Notes: a model not told the origin generated them from the sequence alone. Positions 26,374 through 39,771 are shown, counted from the first letter of the whole stretch. The stretch: DNA of 63,999 nt, filler included, from Sphacelaria rigidula (GCA_964200075.2; 5 parts of 5 records of this genome joined end to end with filler, not necessarily neighbours in it); one strand, 5' to 3'. Program-made: numbers and translations.

Positions 26374-26738
26374 CTGTTTTTTGGCAAACGACACGGACAG
26401 ATTGAGCGGAACGAAGGACGAGGGATTGGTCAAGGGCGGAGGTTTGCTCACACAGCACAGGTGCACGGCACAGGCATCATGAAAATAAACGCTGCGCTGT
26501 CCATGTGGGATCGCGGTGTGCTATACTAAATTCTAATGTCAAGGCCGCGGGGACCGCGCATATCGATGTTCTGCCTGCGCATGTTGCCCAAGAGATGGCA
26601 GGATTGTACTGGTTGCAGTGTACTAGTCTGTGCGGCGCATACATCACATCTTCCCGTGGGTTATTGATGGATCGTTTCGCGTCGATTTGTTGCCAAGAAT
26701 ATCACAGACAGTGCTGTACCGACAGTGCTTCGTTGTAC

Positions 26739-26917
26739 CTGCTGCCGACCGCCCAAGAAGAGCGTTGTAGAGCTACCTTCCTCCCAGCTGTTGCAGTCGT
26801 CAATGGTACGCGCACGGTGAAGGCTTGCACACTGTTGACGTGGTTGTTCAGGGAGCAGAGAGCCAGCCCACCGCACAGCGCTGCTGCTCCTCGCCTTGAG
26901 GTTGTTAATTTGGTCAT
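26739..26917 (-). CDS. NNT: First coding exon of NAD(P) transhydrogenase: putative signal peptide plus transit peptide
   Basis: ATG at 26917; MTKLTTSRRGAAALCGGLALCSLNNHVNSVQA-FTVRVPLTTATAGRKVALQRSSWAVGS(R). It ends AG|gtac, phase-compatible with the 26158-26373 exon. Confidence 0.65.
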
Positions 26918-29900
26918 CTTGCCTGTTCCGTTGTTGTTTGTTGGCAACCACCAGAACGAACGTGGTACTCTATTGGTGACGTTATCCACAAAACTCATGC
27001 GAAGAAAACTGTCTATCTGTGCGTATATCCTTGTAAAATCGGGAGGCTCTACGCAGAGGCACCCGATGGAACGGGGAGCCAAGCGCACAAATACCACCAG
27101 GCTGTTTTTGTTTTGCAGTGCTGGCTGGCAGCTGGAGAAAGTATAATGACCAAAGTAAATGCGTAGCTATGTAGTAATGTTCTTGATTGGTCAAAGAGTT
27201 TGATTGACCCGCTTCTTCAATCCTCTCAAACTTGGGCTGTGGCTCCCAGCTTACAGCACACACAACACAACACTTATTCACCTACTCGCCATTCGGGTAG
27301 CACTTTCGCCTTACACACAATAATCATGTACCGTCTCATGAAGATTGCAGCAGCGGCGGTGCTATGCATTTCGGCCATGTGCTCAGGTGTGTGTTTGCAT
27401 GTGTCCGTGATGTCTTGTGGAGAGACAAACGGAGGACAGCCCCATCAAACTCGCATCGATCTGCCAGTTTATGTAGGCGCTTTGTTCAAAAAAAGAAGGC
27501 ATGTATGTATCGTGATGGAGGGGTTGAACTAATATCGGATTGCAGCTCCTGTTTGCTCTACTCGCCGCAGCCCTGCTACTGTTGTTGCACTCCTATTGCT
27601 GTTGAGGGGTACTGGGTACGTTGGGGGGTACATATACGTCGAGCTTGCGTTGTGCTCGACATCCCAAGCATGTTTGGGATCACGGAAAGACTAGATCACT
27701 CGAATGCATTGAACCATGCGATGTACCAGCAGCAGTGGACGTAGTATTGTGCTGTAACGAGCTGTGCGTTGTCCGCTTTTCCAATTTGGTGTGTTCTGCA
27801 TGGGGTGGTGGTTCTGGAATGCTGGTGCTCGGGGCGTGCGGCCGCCGAACTTTCGATTTTTTTCCTGGCGTTCTTCGTCTATTTTTTGGGCGCTTTGGGG
27901 GGTAACGATCCAGCAGCTGCCGGAGCGCCGCCAAGCCCCAACTCTCGATGGGTCCAGGTGAGAAAGCGCTGCGAAGAAGCATCGCGTGAACGAGTAGACA
28001 GCGATCGGGAGTCTTGCTCATTCTGATTGCTACTACTGTACGCACCGAGAGGGGTCAGCGCAATGATGATGGCGTCTGACAGCCGAGGTTGGGAGTTTTT
28101 TTTCGAGGCCGGCGTATCTGTCGGAACAGAAAGATAGTACAGCAGAACAGTCTGACCATGTCGTCAGTCATTGAGACTTTCCCCCCCCCATCCACCCACC
28201 CACTCACCCACCCACCACGCACATACACACATAACTTTGCCTCGGGGGCGTTAAGATAAGTGCAGACTACGTTCATCATATCACAAGCTCCATTGTGTGC
28301 CAGAGGTACGAGGAAAGCCAAAAAACACCGTGGTGTTAGCCGCAACCGCAGCCGCCCCCCAACCCTACTCCACCCTTGTCTAGAGATTTTGCTGTCCATC
28401 ATGTTTCCTTCCACGGCCTTGAGACCACAATGATTTCATGGGATCTTGTTTCATGTTGCGCGCGTCACGGACTTGAATTTCCAGCTCACTTCTTTTCAGT
28501 GGTCAGCTACAGTACTGCAGTACTACTGCAGTTGCTGTGTCGTACTGCTGTGTGTACCTTGTCGTGCATATTGGAACGATCGCTAATGGGCTATGCACTC
28601 TGTAGTGTTCGTTAACAAGAACAGCACGTGGATGCCGTGCTCTTGTACAGCCTGAAGCCGAGTGAACACATATGTATACTGTCTGTACAGCCAACTGTAA
28701 TGCTGCAAAACGTGTCCTCGGTTTCCCGAACCTCGTCTATCTCGAAGACATCACCGAGCGACTGGTGAACAGTGGGCGCGTGTCGTGTTGTGATTCAGCC
28801 GCTGTGCGGAGCATCATGTACTACTGTTCTACTGTTGCACTGTTTGTTGTCTGGACGCAGTTACTGCAGCACGGTTCACGCAATATTGAGACATGGATTT
28901 CGGCAGGGTGGGTGTACAAGTTCGAGTAAATGTCTTGAGGTCTCGACAGCACGCGCGATGAATGAGCAGCGGACGCGTGTCATGCTGGTGCATGATGTGA
29001 GAAGCTGTGCCGAGCAAAAACGTCTGGAAACTTCGTACTACTGTTGTACTGGACAACCCTCGAAAACACCAGTAGCTAGCACACTCTGTACACCGAGCAA
29101 AAAAATGCCAAAGCTAAAGTTACCACCCACGTGATGGCCGCAGACAACATAGCGCAGCAGTACAACAGTTTACCGGTGGTCGTGGTGCATGTACAGCAGC
29201 TCTGTCGTGCTGTCGTCGAACTGATCGTTGTGTAACGATCCACGTCTGTCCTTCTAGCTAGCAGCTGCTTCTGCGGTGAGTTGCAGCGATGCGTTGCGCT
29301 GCAAGCCGGGGGCTGTGGTTGCGAGACATGTTGATTTGGTGGATGGTCTGTGTTGAGCTCCGCGAACAGGCCCCAAGCTGACACACGATGGAACGGCTGC
29401 AGCATCCATTCTCCATACTGCAGACAGTGTCAAGTCGAGAGTGTCTGTGCTGCAGTCCCAAATGTACAAAAACTTGGAACCGGCCGCCGCCCCGAAAACT
29501 ACCTGCCGGAGTCCCTCCGCAGCCAGCATGCTTGACGGTGCAGTCAAACCCTTTTTCCTGGCTGGGGCGTTTTTCTGTCCATGTGCAACAACAACAGTGT
29601 ATATGCGTCCCTGTCGACTGTAGCCCGATGCCGGTGGCATGGGTCCCTGTCGACAGGACGTTGATTACGGCGACGTTTGGACGCAGAAACAGTGGGCGTG
29701 AACACCCGTTGCTAGTCGAGCGGGGAGTAGCGGTGGCGAGGACGGCAATCAGCAGTAATGATCACAGTTTCTGGTGATTCCTGGGGTCTTCTGTCCCTTC
29801 CCCCCTAAGTGGGTTAGGCGAGGCGCGGAGAGGCGGTGGTTCACGAATGTATCGAGATCCGCAAGTAGCTACAACCTGACTCATCCGAAAGCCAACACAG

Positions 29901-30290
29901 AAGGGGCCAAAACCTTTTTCAGTGCACTGCAGTGACAACAGTACAGTACTCCTGTCTGTACTGTTGTCCTGCACTCTACTTTACTGCACTTATCTGTTTG
30001 GAATCGCAGTAGGCCAAGGGTTAATCCCTCGGGTTCCCATGCCCCAAAAGGCCGCTTTCTTTCTTCTCCACCCAGGGGTCACAACCGTTGCTCTGGCGGA
30101 AAGAGACAGTGCCTTCATGTAAACAAGAGGGGGTCCGGGTCCGCCAGGTAATTGCCATACACATAGCTCGTGTCTCATGTTTGCACACTGCCGGGATTGC
30201 AGCTGCCTTGCAATCGCGTACAGCAGGATGCATATCTGCTGTTGTAAGCGTCGACGGCAGTGCGATTACAGTGGGATACTGTGACGAATA

Positions 30291-32627
30291 CGAGCTGGGC
30301 CAGCCTAGGGGCGGATTTGAAGTTTGCAGGTTCATGCTCTTTTATACATTTAGAGTTGGACCCTGAATTTTGGTATGGACAACGCATAGGGCATGAAAGA
30401 AAAAATTACCTCGGTACCAGGAGTTTTTTTTTTCATGAGTTGAAGGCATTTTACTGATACCTGATAACTGATCATTGCCCTTTACTCATCAAAAAAAGAA
30501 GAAAAACTTTTGGTACCGAGGTAACATTTTTCATGCCCAATTCATTCTCCATACCAAATTTCGGGGTCCAAACCTAACTGTATAAAAGAGCATGGGCATA
30601 TCAAAAACCGGGTCGGTAATAATTCGGAACAGTATTTCGCAGGCCACTCACCGGCCCACGTTTGGTTTTCGTGTATTGAAATTTTGTGTGGGCGCCCTCT
30701 AAGGCGTGATGAACAACAAAAGTGAGTCAGGTTGATCTTTTTTTTATTTTTTTCACTGGTTTAGGGCGTTCTACTATGGTAAAGACCATTTCTTCACGAG
30801 AACGCCCTAACCTCTATGAAAAGAAAAAAAATGAAGGCCCATTTTTTTTATTCGGCACTCTTTCGTGGTTCTCTTCCAAAATTCGTCGCCATCCGCTGAA
30901 AGCATGGATCGGGAGTTTCATAGAGATTTTAGTATTGGCGTTATCTCCCTTCGGTATAGGAATTACTAGACATGGGGCTTAACCCTTTTGGAACCCTCCC
31001 CTCCTGTCCCCTGGCCAAACGCCTTGTTATGAGAGGCCCTGACAAAGAGCATAACATGGAAACAGAATAGGCCGACGGCAACCATTTTTATAATGGAAGC
31101 CCGAAGGAGAATGTCCTCCCTGGAGAATTTGGATAAGGTTTGTCCAATCATACCACGCAACGGATGTAGTGTGTCCAATTATATCCATCGACAATAATTA
31201 GCAAAACCACTATGAAATGTTCCATTGAAAAAACAGCAATGGGCTCCAGGGTCCAACCTGGCACGTTTGTATATTAGCATTTGTAGATAAGGGAGGCACC
31301 GCTTTAACATGCTGCAGCATCGGGTGGCGAGTTTCCCAAGCCACACCGTACATACAGCACAGTATGGCTAAACCCAGTGAAATCCCGTCACGACATGTGG
31401 AAGGCACAGTGGGTTGTGCAGGCGGTACATGGCGGGCGTAATCGCAGGCGTCCGAACAGGCGGTATACATGTACACGGGAGGGAGCCAATGGACACCGCC
31501 TACCGTAATCAAGCCATATGAAAAACACTACAGTCAGTAAATACAGTAGGTTACAGTATTGACTTACGGCTACACTCTGTGCAAGATAAATATGGGCATG
31601 TCGTGAAAAGTCGGCCACGAGAGTAGACGGCACGAGACGATTGCGGTAGCCGGCGTCATGAATCTCATCCAGCATGAAGCTGTCTGTGCAACGGTCGGGA
31701 ACGATAAACCCGCGTTATAGATGTGGTGGGGCAACCGTGCCTTTCGCTACGCCGTTGTGTAATAGTCAGCCCGAAGTATGATGTTGTCGGCACGTACGTG
31801 GCAGAGCGCAGTTCTATGCATGCCCCGCGTTTTACAGAGATATTCTCAAAATACAATACAGACATGACACGAAGCAGTAAGGCATCACCCCTGGGGCGAC
31901 GGCACTTGGCAGACTCTACACCACAGTGACGGTGCATAACAGCAGGGCACATGGCGTCTGCGTCGCCTTTACCCATTTTTCAAAGGGCGGGATGGTGCTG
32001 TCGGAACGTGCATGAGCGCGATGTTGTGCATGACATGAGTCTGCAGTCGAGATTACCCCAACTGCTGTGTCGCAGCACCCCCGGCGGCACGGAAAGGTGA
32101 CTGCCTGGGATTATACTACACCGCCAGTTCATAAATTTAGCAAGTGTACCATCGGCGTTGCCCTTGTTGCTATGGCATTGCAAATTTAATTTGCAGCGGG
32201 CAGGGCGTGCAGGTCAGGCGGGAAGCATGCTTCACAGAGGCCTGCCGCGCACTCTGGCCGTGGAAGGAGCTCATGAGTGTAGAAAAAAACGCCAACGGGT
32301 CGCAGCAAGAAATAGGAAACATTCTCTTGCTCCACTTGTCACTCGTATGGGTCTGAAAAATACGCGTTGGGCCAAAATTGTTGCGTCTAAGCTGTGAACC
32401 ATCAACCATATCCTGCTCAAAAACCGTCAATTGCAAATGATTAATTTCTTTTGTGAGTTCCAAAAGGGTTCCATCAACGAGAAAATATAAGCCCAAACTT
32501 TTGAGCAGATGGGTACCTTCCCCTTGATGAGACGATTAATACGACATGCGGATCACGGCCCAACTCGTCTGTGTCGATGAGATATTGCTTTTAGAGCTTG
32601 AATCCGTTTTTAGGCTGGCCCAGCTCG
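30291..32627. mobile_element. Family B element, interrupted by a nested piggyBac-like insertion
   Basis: TA|CGAGCTGGGCCAGCCTA...TAGGCTGGCCCAGCTCG|TA. Both arms match 6312-7510 in reverse orientation. Confidence 0.8.
30983..32468 (+). mobile_element. Degenerate piggyBac-like DNA transposon
   Basis: TTAA|CCCTTTTGGAAC...GTTCCAAAAGGG termini. The empty-site homolog (reverse complement of ~6445-6480) reads GGGGTTTAATCAACGAG. Faint transposase-like residue APRFTEIFSKYNTDM. Confidence 0.6.
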
Positions 32628-35600
32628 TAGAACGGAGCAATGCCGTTTGCGATAAAAAAAAGCACTGGACTAACTCGAACTAGACTGCCACATAACCCCA
32701 CTCAACCTCCCTTGCGAGGTAAGTGTTGGGTTGGGTTCCTACTTCCGTCAAGAGAAGAAAAAAAAATCGGCTGTACAGCCGAAAAGCCATATTCGGCTGC
32801 TGCAATCCTATTGGTCGAAGAAGATATTACGCGAAATATTTTTATGGGAGCGCCTACGCGTACTCGTAGCCTTGAGCTTCGTATGCGCGTTATTTTTTCA
32901 AATTGGAGCTCCGTTTTTTTTATTTCATATATTTATCAGGTTTCCCCCTTGTTTTTAGCCCCATTTGAAGTAATTTTCAGCGAAAAGACGTGTACTTTTC
33001 TTTTCGGCTCACCTCCCACAGATGAGGGTAACTCAGAGTGAAATTAAAAAAAATCGCGCGAAGCGCGATTATGGTCGAGCGTTTGAAAATCGCCTGCCTC
33101 GAAAATCGAGGACTCACCCAAAATCAGGGAAATAACTATCGAATGGGACATCCCTTGTATCACCTTGCTGCAGCACAACCACACTCGTGCTCTTTCTCGT
33201 GTGCTGTCGCTACGCTGTGGCGTCTCCAGGCCTTTGTAGAGACGGTTCGATTTCCGCTGGGAATGCCTGAGCCAATTGACATTGTCCTTCCGTTCGTGTC
33301 CATGAAAAATAGTGTCAAGTCGACATGCAGTGCTCTCTACACACTGTTAATGAAACGTTCATTGTGTGTTGGCTGTTCCGTCTCGAGTCAAACGAACAAG
33401 GCGCTTCCCAAACCCATCATTTCTATACTGTAGTTGTCACTGTGCTGTTGTGCATTCAAACACTCGACGACGATCACGGTGTGATGCGCGCTGGAGAGTG
33501 CCTGAGCAGTTTTTCTGCTGCATGCTGTGTTTCGGTCTGCACAGAATTGGGGTGGGATCAAAGTTCTCTCCAAACAAAGAAAGGTTGAAACAATCGTCAC
33601 GTGACGGCTGTGCAGCTGTCTGTTGCGTCTTCTCTGGTACCTCGGTCACAGTCGGGTTCTGTGATCGGGGAAGACTCACAAGGCGGGTGCGGGCAGGTTG
33701 GAGCAAACAAACTGAGCCATCACGGATCTGCTGTATCCTCATCTTTTGACGGTAGCAGCTGTCTGCCTCGCAGCGGCGGAATGTGTGGGCCAATCAAAGC
33801 TACGTTTCGACTCATATCTCACTCGTTTTTCTCATCTGATTGAAGAAAGGTCGTCGCATCTTGGTGTATTTAAATACTATGATTGGTTGAGAAACCTTTC
33901 CACTCATAATTCTTGCCCCTATCTGTGGGCCCAGCGCCTACTTTGAGTTAATTTCCTCCCGCGCGACCTTGTTGTTGCTCTGTGGCAGTATCCCCTGACG
34001 AGGCGAGCGTTCTAGCACAAAGAAAATACGACAATCTGGGAGTTTGAAATTTTGAAGTTCGTTATTGAGAAATAGAACTTTTCGATCATTGAGTTGGAAG
34101 GTCACCCGAAACCATCTATCGAAACAATAAATGCCACTACACACACCCATCATACATGATATACCAGAAGGGACATTGCAGCCTCTGGACACAGGATAAT
34201 ACAGGCTTTGGCCCCGCAAGGTACGAGCTACAAGCTGCCGCCCCCGCCCCCCCCCATCATGTACCATCAGTCAACATTTGAAATATTTTCAAACGTCCGA
34301 CTCCGATTGTACTTGATCATGACCGCGGATTCGATCCGGTCACCTTACGCCTTGTACAATTTTAATTATTGTACAGATCTTGGTTATATTCTTGATTATA
34401 GTATCACCTACATGAAATATACAGTGGAACGTTTTCCTGATCAGACCCGTAACCATGGCAGTTTGAAGTATTGAATTGAAGCCTGTCTGGTGACGAGAAT
34501 GGCTCATATGGGGCACCTTCAGGCAGCTGCTACAATTTCTGCAAGAGCATGTATATTTTTCTCAACTCTATGAGCGTTTCAAGCGCATTATAAGCTTTTC
34601 AGAAAATTGAAGCTCGTATTAGGGTATTATTTCTTTGTTTCTCAAGCCCACAATCCCCAAGTTAAGCTCAACTCTAATGGCGCGCACGAAGCTAAAGCCT
34701 AGCAGCGCCCGAGCGATCTGCTACGATAAGTCCGTCATTTTCCACGGGACGAGTCGCAGCCGGCCGCGGGTGCTACTCGTAAAACGGTTACAATCAATCG
34801 ATATTCTGCAGTTATTTTCACGAAGGCGAGGGCGTTGCGCACCTTACGTACTTCAGGTGCTGTGCTGAGATATTGCGGGAAAATTCGAGGATGAGTACGC
34901 TATTCCCTACGAGCGGTTCTTCATGGAATCAATGACCCACTCACCCCAAGACACGCGGGGCCCACGCGGCAATTAGCGACACCTTGAAATCCCGAGAGGC
35001 GCTGTATCAAGAGTTGCCTCAACATTCAAGCGTTATACGCTGTCCCCTAGGTTGAATGACCCGAAAGGAGAGGGTTGGTTTGGCCAGGGCCACGACGAGA
35101 GGTGGCTCAGCATGTGCGGCGAGGGCCCTTACAATCGTACAGTGATCGTCAAGAAGTAGGCGTCGTGCATCGACACGTGGATCTCGTCGTGACAGAAGAA
35201 GCTCATGCTCTCATGCTCTTCTCAGTCAATCGCAGTAGCTGCAACAGAGCTGTACACGCCACCAGGCGGGCAAAAAGCGACTGCGTTGTGTTCATGAACG
35301 AGTAGTCCAGGCCGTTTCAGGGTGGACGACCGGAACTTACTCCCCACCGAAAGCTCATGCTGTTTTTTCGAGTTGAACCCTGAAACTCTGCACAGAGGTG
35401 CTGTGACACCGCCTCCTGGGACTCGTGATATTTGGCGAAAAACAATAATAAATTCGGGAAAAAATCCCGTTCTCACAGCCTTTTCGAATATCTAAGAGCA
35501 CCCTTGTGCACAATTTCAGGGTCTTACTCGAAAAAACGAGGTGAGCTTTCGTCCTCCTAATTACCTGATGATGGTATCCTACCGACGTTTCCCTTGTGCA

Positions 35601-35667
35601 CTTGAGCTTAAATCGACCGTTTGGGATCAGCGTCCAGAGTTACGCAACGAAATTTGTACAAACGTTC

Positions 35668-36017
35668 CACAGGCACTGTAGGTAAGGTACCGTACCGAGC
35701 GTACCCCCGGTATTTACCGGGGTATCCCATACCGTGGTATGCGTAGGTATCGTAGGTATGACATTTCAAAATACCGGATTGGGCGGGTACGGAAGGTATT
35801 GAAATCTCGAACTACCCTGGTATCGCAGGTATCGTGGGTATGACATTTAAAAATACCGGATTGGGCGGGTACGGTAGGTGTTTAAATATCAAAATACCTT
35901 GGTATCGCAGGTATCGTAGGTGTAAGTTTTGACAATACCGGATCGGACCGGTATCGGTAGGGTATGAGATGCCCCAAATACCGGTACCGGGTACCTACCT
36001 TACCTACGGTGCCTGTG
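35668..36017. mobile_element. hAT-type MITE (350 bp)
   Basis: TIR CACAGGCAC(T/C)GTAGGTAAGGTA; perfect 8-bp TSD AAACGTTC (35660-35667 and 36018-36025); about three internal ~80-bp tandem units. Confidence 0.9.
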
Positions 36018-37499
36018 AAACGTTCCTCGGACTACCTCGGGACAAGTCGAATTTGAATTTTCAAATTTGAAGTAATATGTACCGGCCCTTGGGGGTCTTC
36101 ACACTGGGACCCCCGGAAGCTGGCAAAGAGTGGATTAACAGTGAATTTTTCTTGCACGTTTTTTTTTTCTTCCATATGTGGTGCCCATATCTACCGAAGT
36201 TCGAGGATGATCGGAGCTTTTCTATGAAGGCCACAAGGAAAAACGTCGAGAGGCTTTCTGGGTCTTCGATACATATTATCTGTAGAAATTTGACGACGAC
36301 AGAACGTCACACACATCGAAATACCATGATTTAGGGGTATAACTCGACTCCACTCAAACCGTTTTTCAAATCTGTTTTTTGGGTTAGATTCCCTAGCTGA
36401 TGGTTACTAGGGTCTGCTTCGTGAGGAGGTTGAGGGTTCCAGTTGTGTCGGGAGTTCGCATTTTCATTTCAGAACAATTCGGAGGCGCTCCTGATCGGCC
36501 GAGAAAGATTATCACTACCAACGCCACGAGAAAGGACGCGAGGAAGAATCTAGCCATATCATGTTACACTCTTGACTTGCTCGTAAGGGTCACTGTGATA
36601 CTAGTACCCAATATGTTTCTATCGTGTCAGTTTTGGAGAATGAACTTTGGGCATTCATCCAGACACCAGCCCGTACAGACACGAGCAAAATACCTACCCC
36701 GGCCGCAAATTTCAAGTTTCGCAGAGAATAGATGACCATGATGTTGTTTTGAGATCGACTGCGATTATTCTTCGGAAGCATGGAAGAAATGTTTGGAATA
36801 GAATGTCGGAAAACGAGCGTGTCTTGCTCGTAGTCGAGTGTAGCGCCGGGCAAACACAGAGAAGTTGGAATACACAACAGTTCTCATGAAAGCCGGGGAT
36901 GCAGTCCGCTTATCCCCAGGTTGACGCCTTTCCCGATTCAATATATGTTGAGAACGTGATGCCCGATGCACTGTTGAACGTCACAGTTCTCCAGCGTCAT
37001 GAATCTAGAAGGGCAGAGTGCGGTTGAGCTCGGTGCCGTTCACGTTTTTCGTAGCAGTGATCATGACGATCGAGACCGGATCATCGACGATCAAATTTAG
37101 TTATCGAGGGTCAATCATCCGCCTGTGCACGTTTTTTTCAATCAAGCCACTCTCATGTGAGCAGAGCCTTGAGCCATAGTGTCGCGTGCCGTCAACGGTG
37201 TATGGACGTTCTGGGTCTTGTCCTCACACGCTGCACTTGTCGGAAGGTGGGGGCTAGGTGGGTGGGTGGACAAGTAGGTGGGCACGGAGGTGGTGAATCA
37301 AATCAAAGCCCGCTTGTCCGCAAGTCTCTCTCGAGGGCAAAGGAGGATGTTGATGAGCTTGCTCAAAAATATGGTGTAGCTTTTGCGAGAATATTCATGA
37401 TTCATTTATGTGGTTTTGCTGCTTTGCCGAAAGTAAAAACAAGAAACAGGAAGTCTGGTCGATATTCGTGGCAAAGCACACACACACACGCGCGCGCAA

Positions 37500-37530
<31 letters not shown>

Positions 37531-37649
37531 GTCCAATACTTCGTGGTTATGACCCTACACCGCAACGCACCACAACTGAAATAATTCACCGATACCTATT
37601 ACTTCGTGGGCCGTCCTTTCCCATTCGCTCGTGTTACAAAAATTCATAG

Positions 37650-37880
37650 CGCCCGGCTAGCACTGCCACGGCGCTCAAGCCCGTGGATGCCGCCCTCTTG
37701 GCGCGCGGGGGAGATGTGAAGCCTGCCCCCGCTCTTTACCAAAATGCCGTCGACATCGGCGCCAAAAAGGCGGCGGGAAGCGTATCCGACACTCTCGTGT
37801 TGGGCATCATCTCGGGCTGCCACATCGCCTTCGGTGGACTACTGGCGGTGACCATCGGAGCTAACATGCCCGGCATTAAG
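37650..37880 (+). CDS. Exon of formate/nitrite transporter (FNT family, NAR1-like)
   Basis: tag|...|gtgcgg exon: RPASTATALKPVDAALLARGGDVKPAPALYQNAVDIGAKKAAGSVSDTLVLGIISGCHIAFGGLLAVTIGANMPGIK. The GxxKA...LGxxxGxxIAFG pattern is the FNT N-terminal helix plus TM1. Downstream exons are cut off by the scaffold end. Confidence 0.85.
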
Positions 37881-38367
37881 GTGCGGAGGGCTGGGGGGGA
37901 GGGAGGGGTTGTAATATTATTTCTCTCATGGAGATGTTTTACTGTGCACGGAACGAGCCGTAGCTTGCGGAGTCCATGACCCTCAGGGAATCCGAAAACG
38001 GTTTTCTCGTCAAATGGGCAACGAAAATGTCTCGATGATGGTTTTCCCCTTAACTGGGCACCACTTCCCAAGGTGCAGCATGTGGTATCAGGCCGTGAAA
38101 AAGCGTGCAATATCCCCCCTTGTTCGTTACTTGGTACATTTGTTGACCAAGCCGCCAGTTTCTGTTTTGAACTATGCTCATGATCGACGGAACTGGGCGT
38201 GACAATTCACGTGGCATGCTTATTTTATTTCGTCGTCTTTTTTTGTTTGTCTTCCCTGTCCGTCCGTCCGTCCGGAGGTGTCTCTGTAAGGAGTAGGAAC
38301 GGTGTTCCGTCTCGAAAAGGATCGTGTTCAATGGTCAAACAGCTTAGAAGGCAAGCAACAAATGAGT

Positions 38368-38403
<36 letters not shown>

Positions 38404-38443
38404 ACCCCCCCCCCCCGCCCCCCCACCCCCCCCCCCCCCCCTC

Positions 38444-38543
38444 NNNNNNNNNNNNNNNNNNNNNNNNNNNNNNNNNNNNNNNNNNNNTTAATTAATTAAN
38501 NNNNNNNNNNNNNNNNNNNNNNNNNNNNNNNNNNNNNNNNNNN
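38444..38543. other. Artificial scaffold spacer
   Basis: N44-TTAATTAATTAA-N44. Confidence 0.97.
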
Positions 38544-39187
38544 CATTTTGACGACCTTGATTGGTCAGAATGGTCATCCCGCGCCTTTCGGGCCTCGTTC
38601 ACGGCTCATGATTTTCCGCGGGAAACTTCCAAACACATATGGTTGAGTGCGTGAGCTGCTCCGATGCTCTGGGGAGAGACACCCCCCCCCCTCAAAAACC
38701 ACCCCCCCCGAGCTCTGGAAACCCCCGGATGTCTCGGAACTGTCAGCCTATACAACTGTTCCGAGGCGACGCTCGTCGTCTAAGGGTTGAGGCCTATTTG
38801 TAGTGCCAATTAAAATACGAGTTTTGCGCGTAGCACGTAGCACGTGCATGCGCCGTGGCATAGGTGCGTGCAACATTTATTTCATCTCTGGAATGATGAA
38901 ATAGAGTTGCTTGCGCCATAATTAAAGTACGAAAGTATCTTCCCATTTCAAGACAACACTCAACCGCTCTTGATTTCTGCTACTCTGTACGATCTTAATT
39001 TATTATTGCACATATGATGATGAATTTATGAATTGACTAATAAAAAATTGTTACACCACAACAAGGACGGGAATGAGGCGCATAAAGCGCGCCTAATTGG
39101 CGCTAAAAGAACTTAAAGCGGGGCTTGAAAAATAATACTGTAAAAAGCTCATAAAAGAAATATGAGGAGCATAATCTATTTGTTATA

Positions 39188-39771
39188 CTTCTTCTGTCCT
39201 ATAAGTCTGTACAGTTACGAACGTTTGATCGTTTGGGTATTTTAACGCTGACAATCATCCTACAATTGGGTTCGTTAGAGAGATAACGCACAGACGAAGC
39301 TGACTAAAAAAAAAAGAAGCGTTTTCAATACTAACATTATGTCAAAATATACCCTATTTTGGCCCTTTTTGGTCCACTTATACCCCAAAGTTGACCGATT
39401 TTGAACGTGTCTACGTCGAGCTCTAGCGATGACATGCTGAAAATTTGTTTGATGGGGCGTGCGTAGGTTAACGTCACGGAGATATCCAAATCAGTGGTGG
39501 TTTCGCGGTTTTCATATTTTTTTCACTATTTTTCGCGATTCCCGGGTCTGCTATGCTTTACTGGGGAAAAAAAGCGAAGAATAGCCATATTTCGACCAAC
39601 CCACTTTTTTGCGGTCGCGAGGCTGCACGGGTCAAGCACCCACGTTGCAGGAAGAATACCGTTTTTAGCTCGAAAAACGCCAACGAATGCAGCCAATAAA
39701 TCGAAAATCAGATCGGAAATCGTTAAGGGCTCATACAAACATAGCTGCACAGACTTATAGGACAGAGGAAG
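39188..39771. mobile_element. MITE family A, second copy in opposite orientation
   Basis: Full-length reverse-complement similarity to 482-1075, with the same TIRs and TA flanks. Confidence 0.85.

Noticed and set aside
35740..35960. Repeat-spacer-like array resembling CRISPR
   Set aside because: The units are wholly repeated with no unique spacers and lie inside a TIR/TSD-bounded MITE in eukaryotic DNA. No cas genes are present.
38368..38443. Poly-proline ORF / G-quadruplex-like C-run
   Set aside because: Homopolymer at a contig end (also at 51232-51260 and 11514-11580), probably a low-quality sequence or assembly break.
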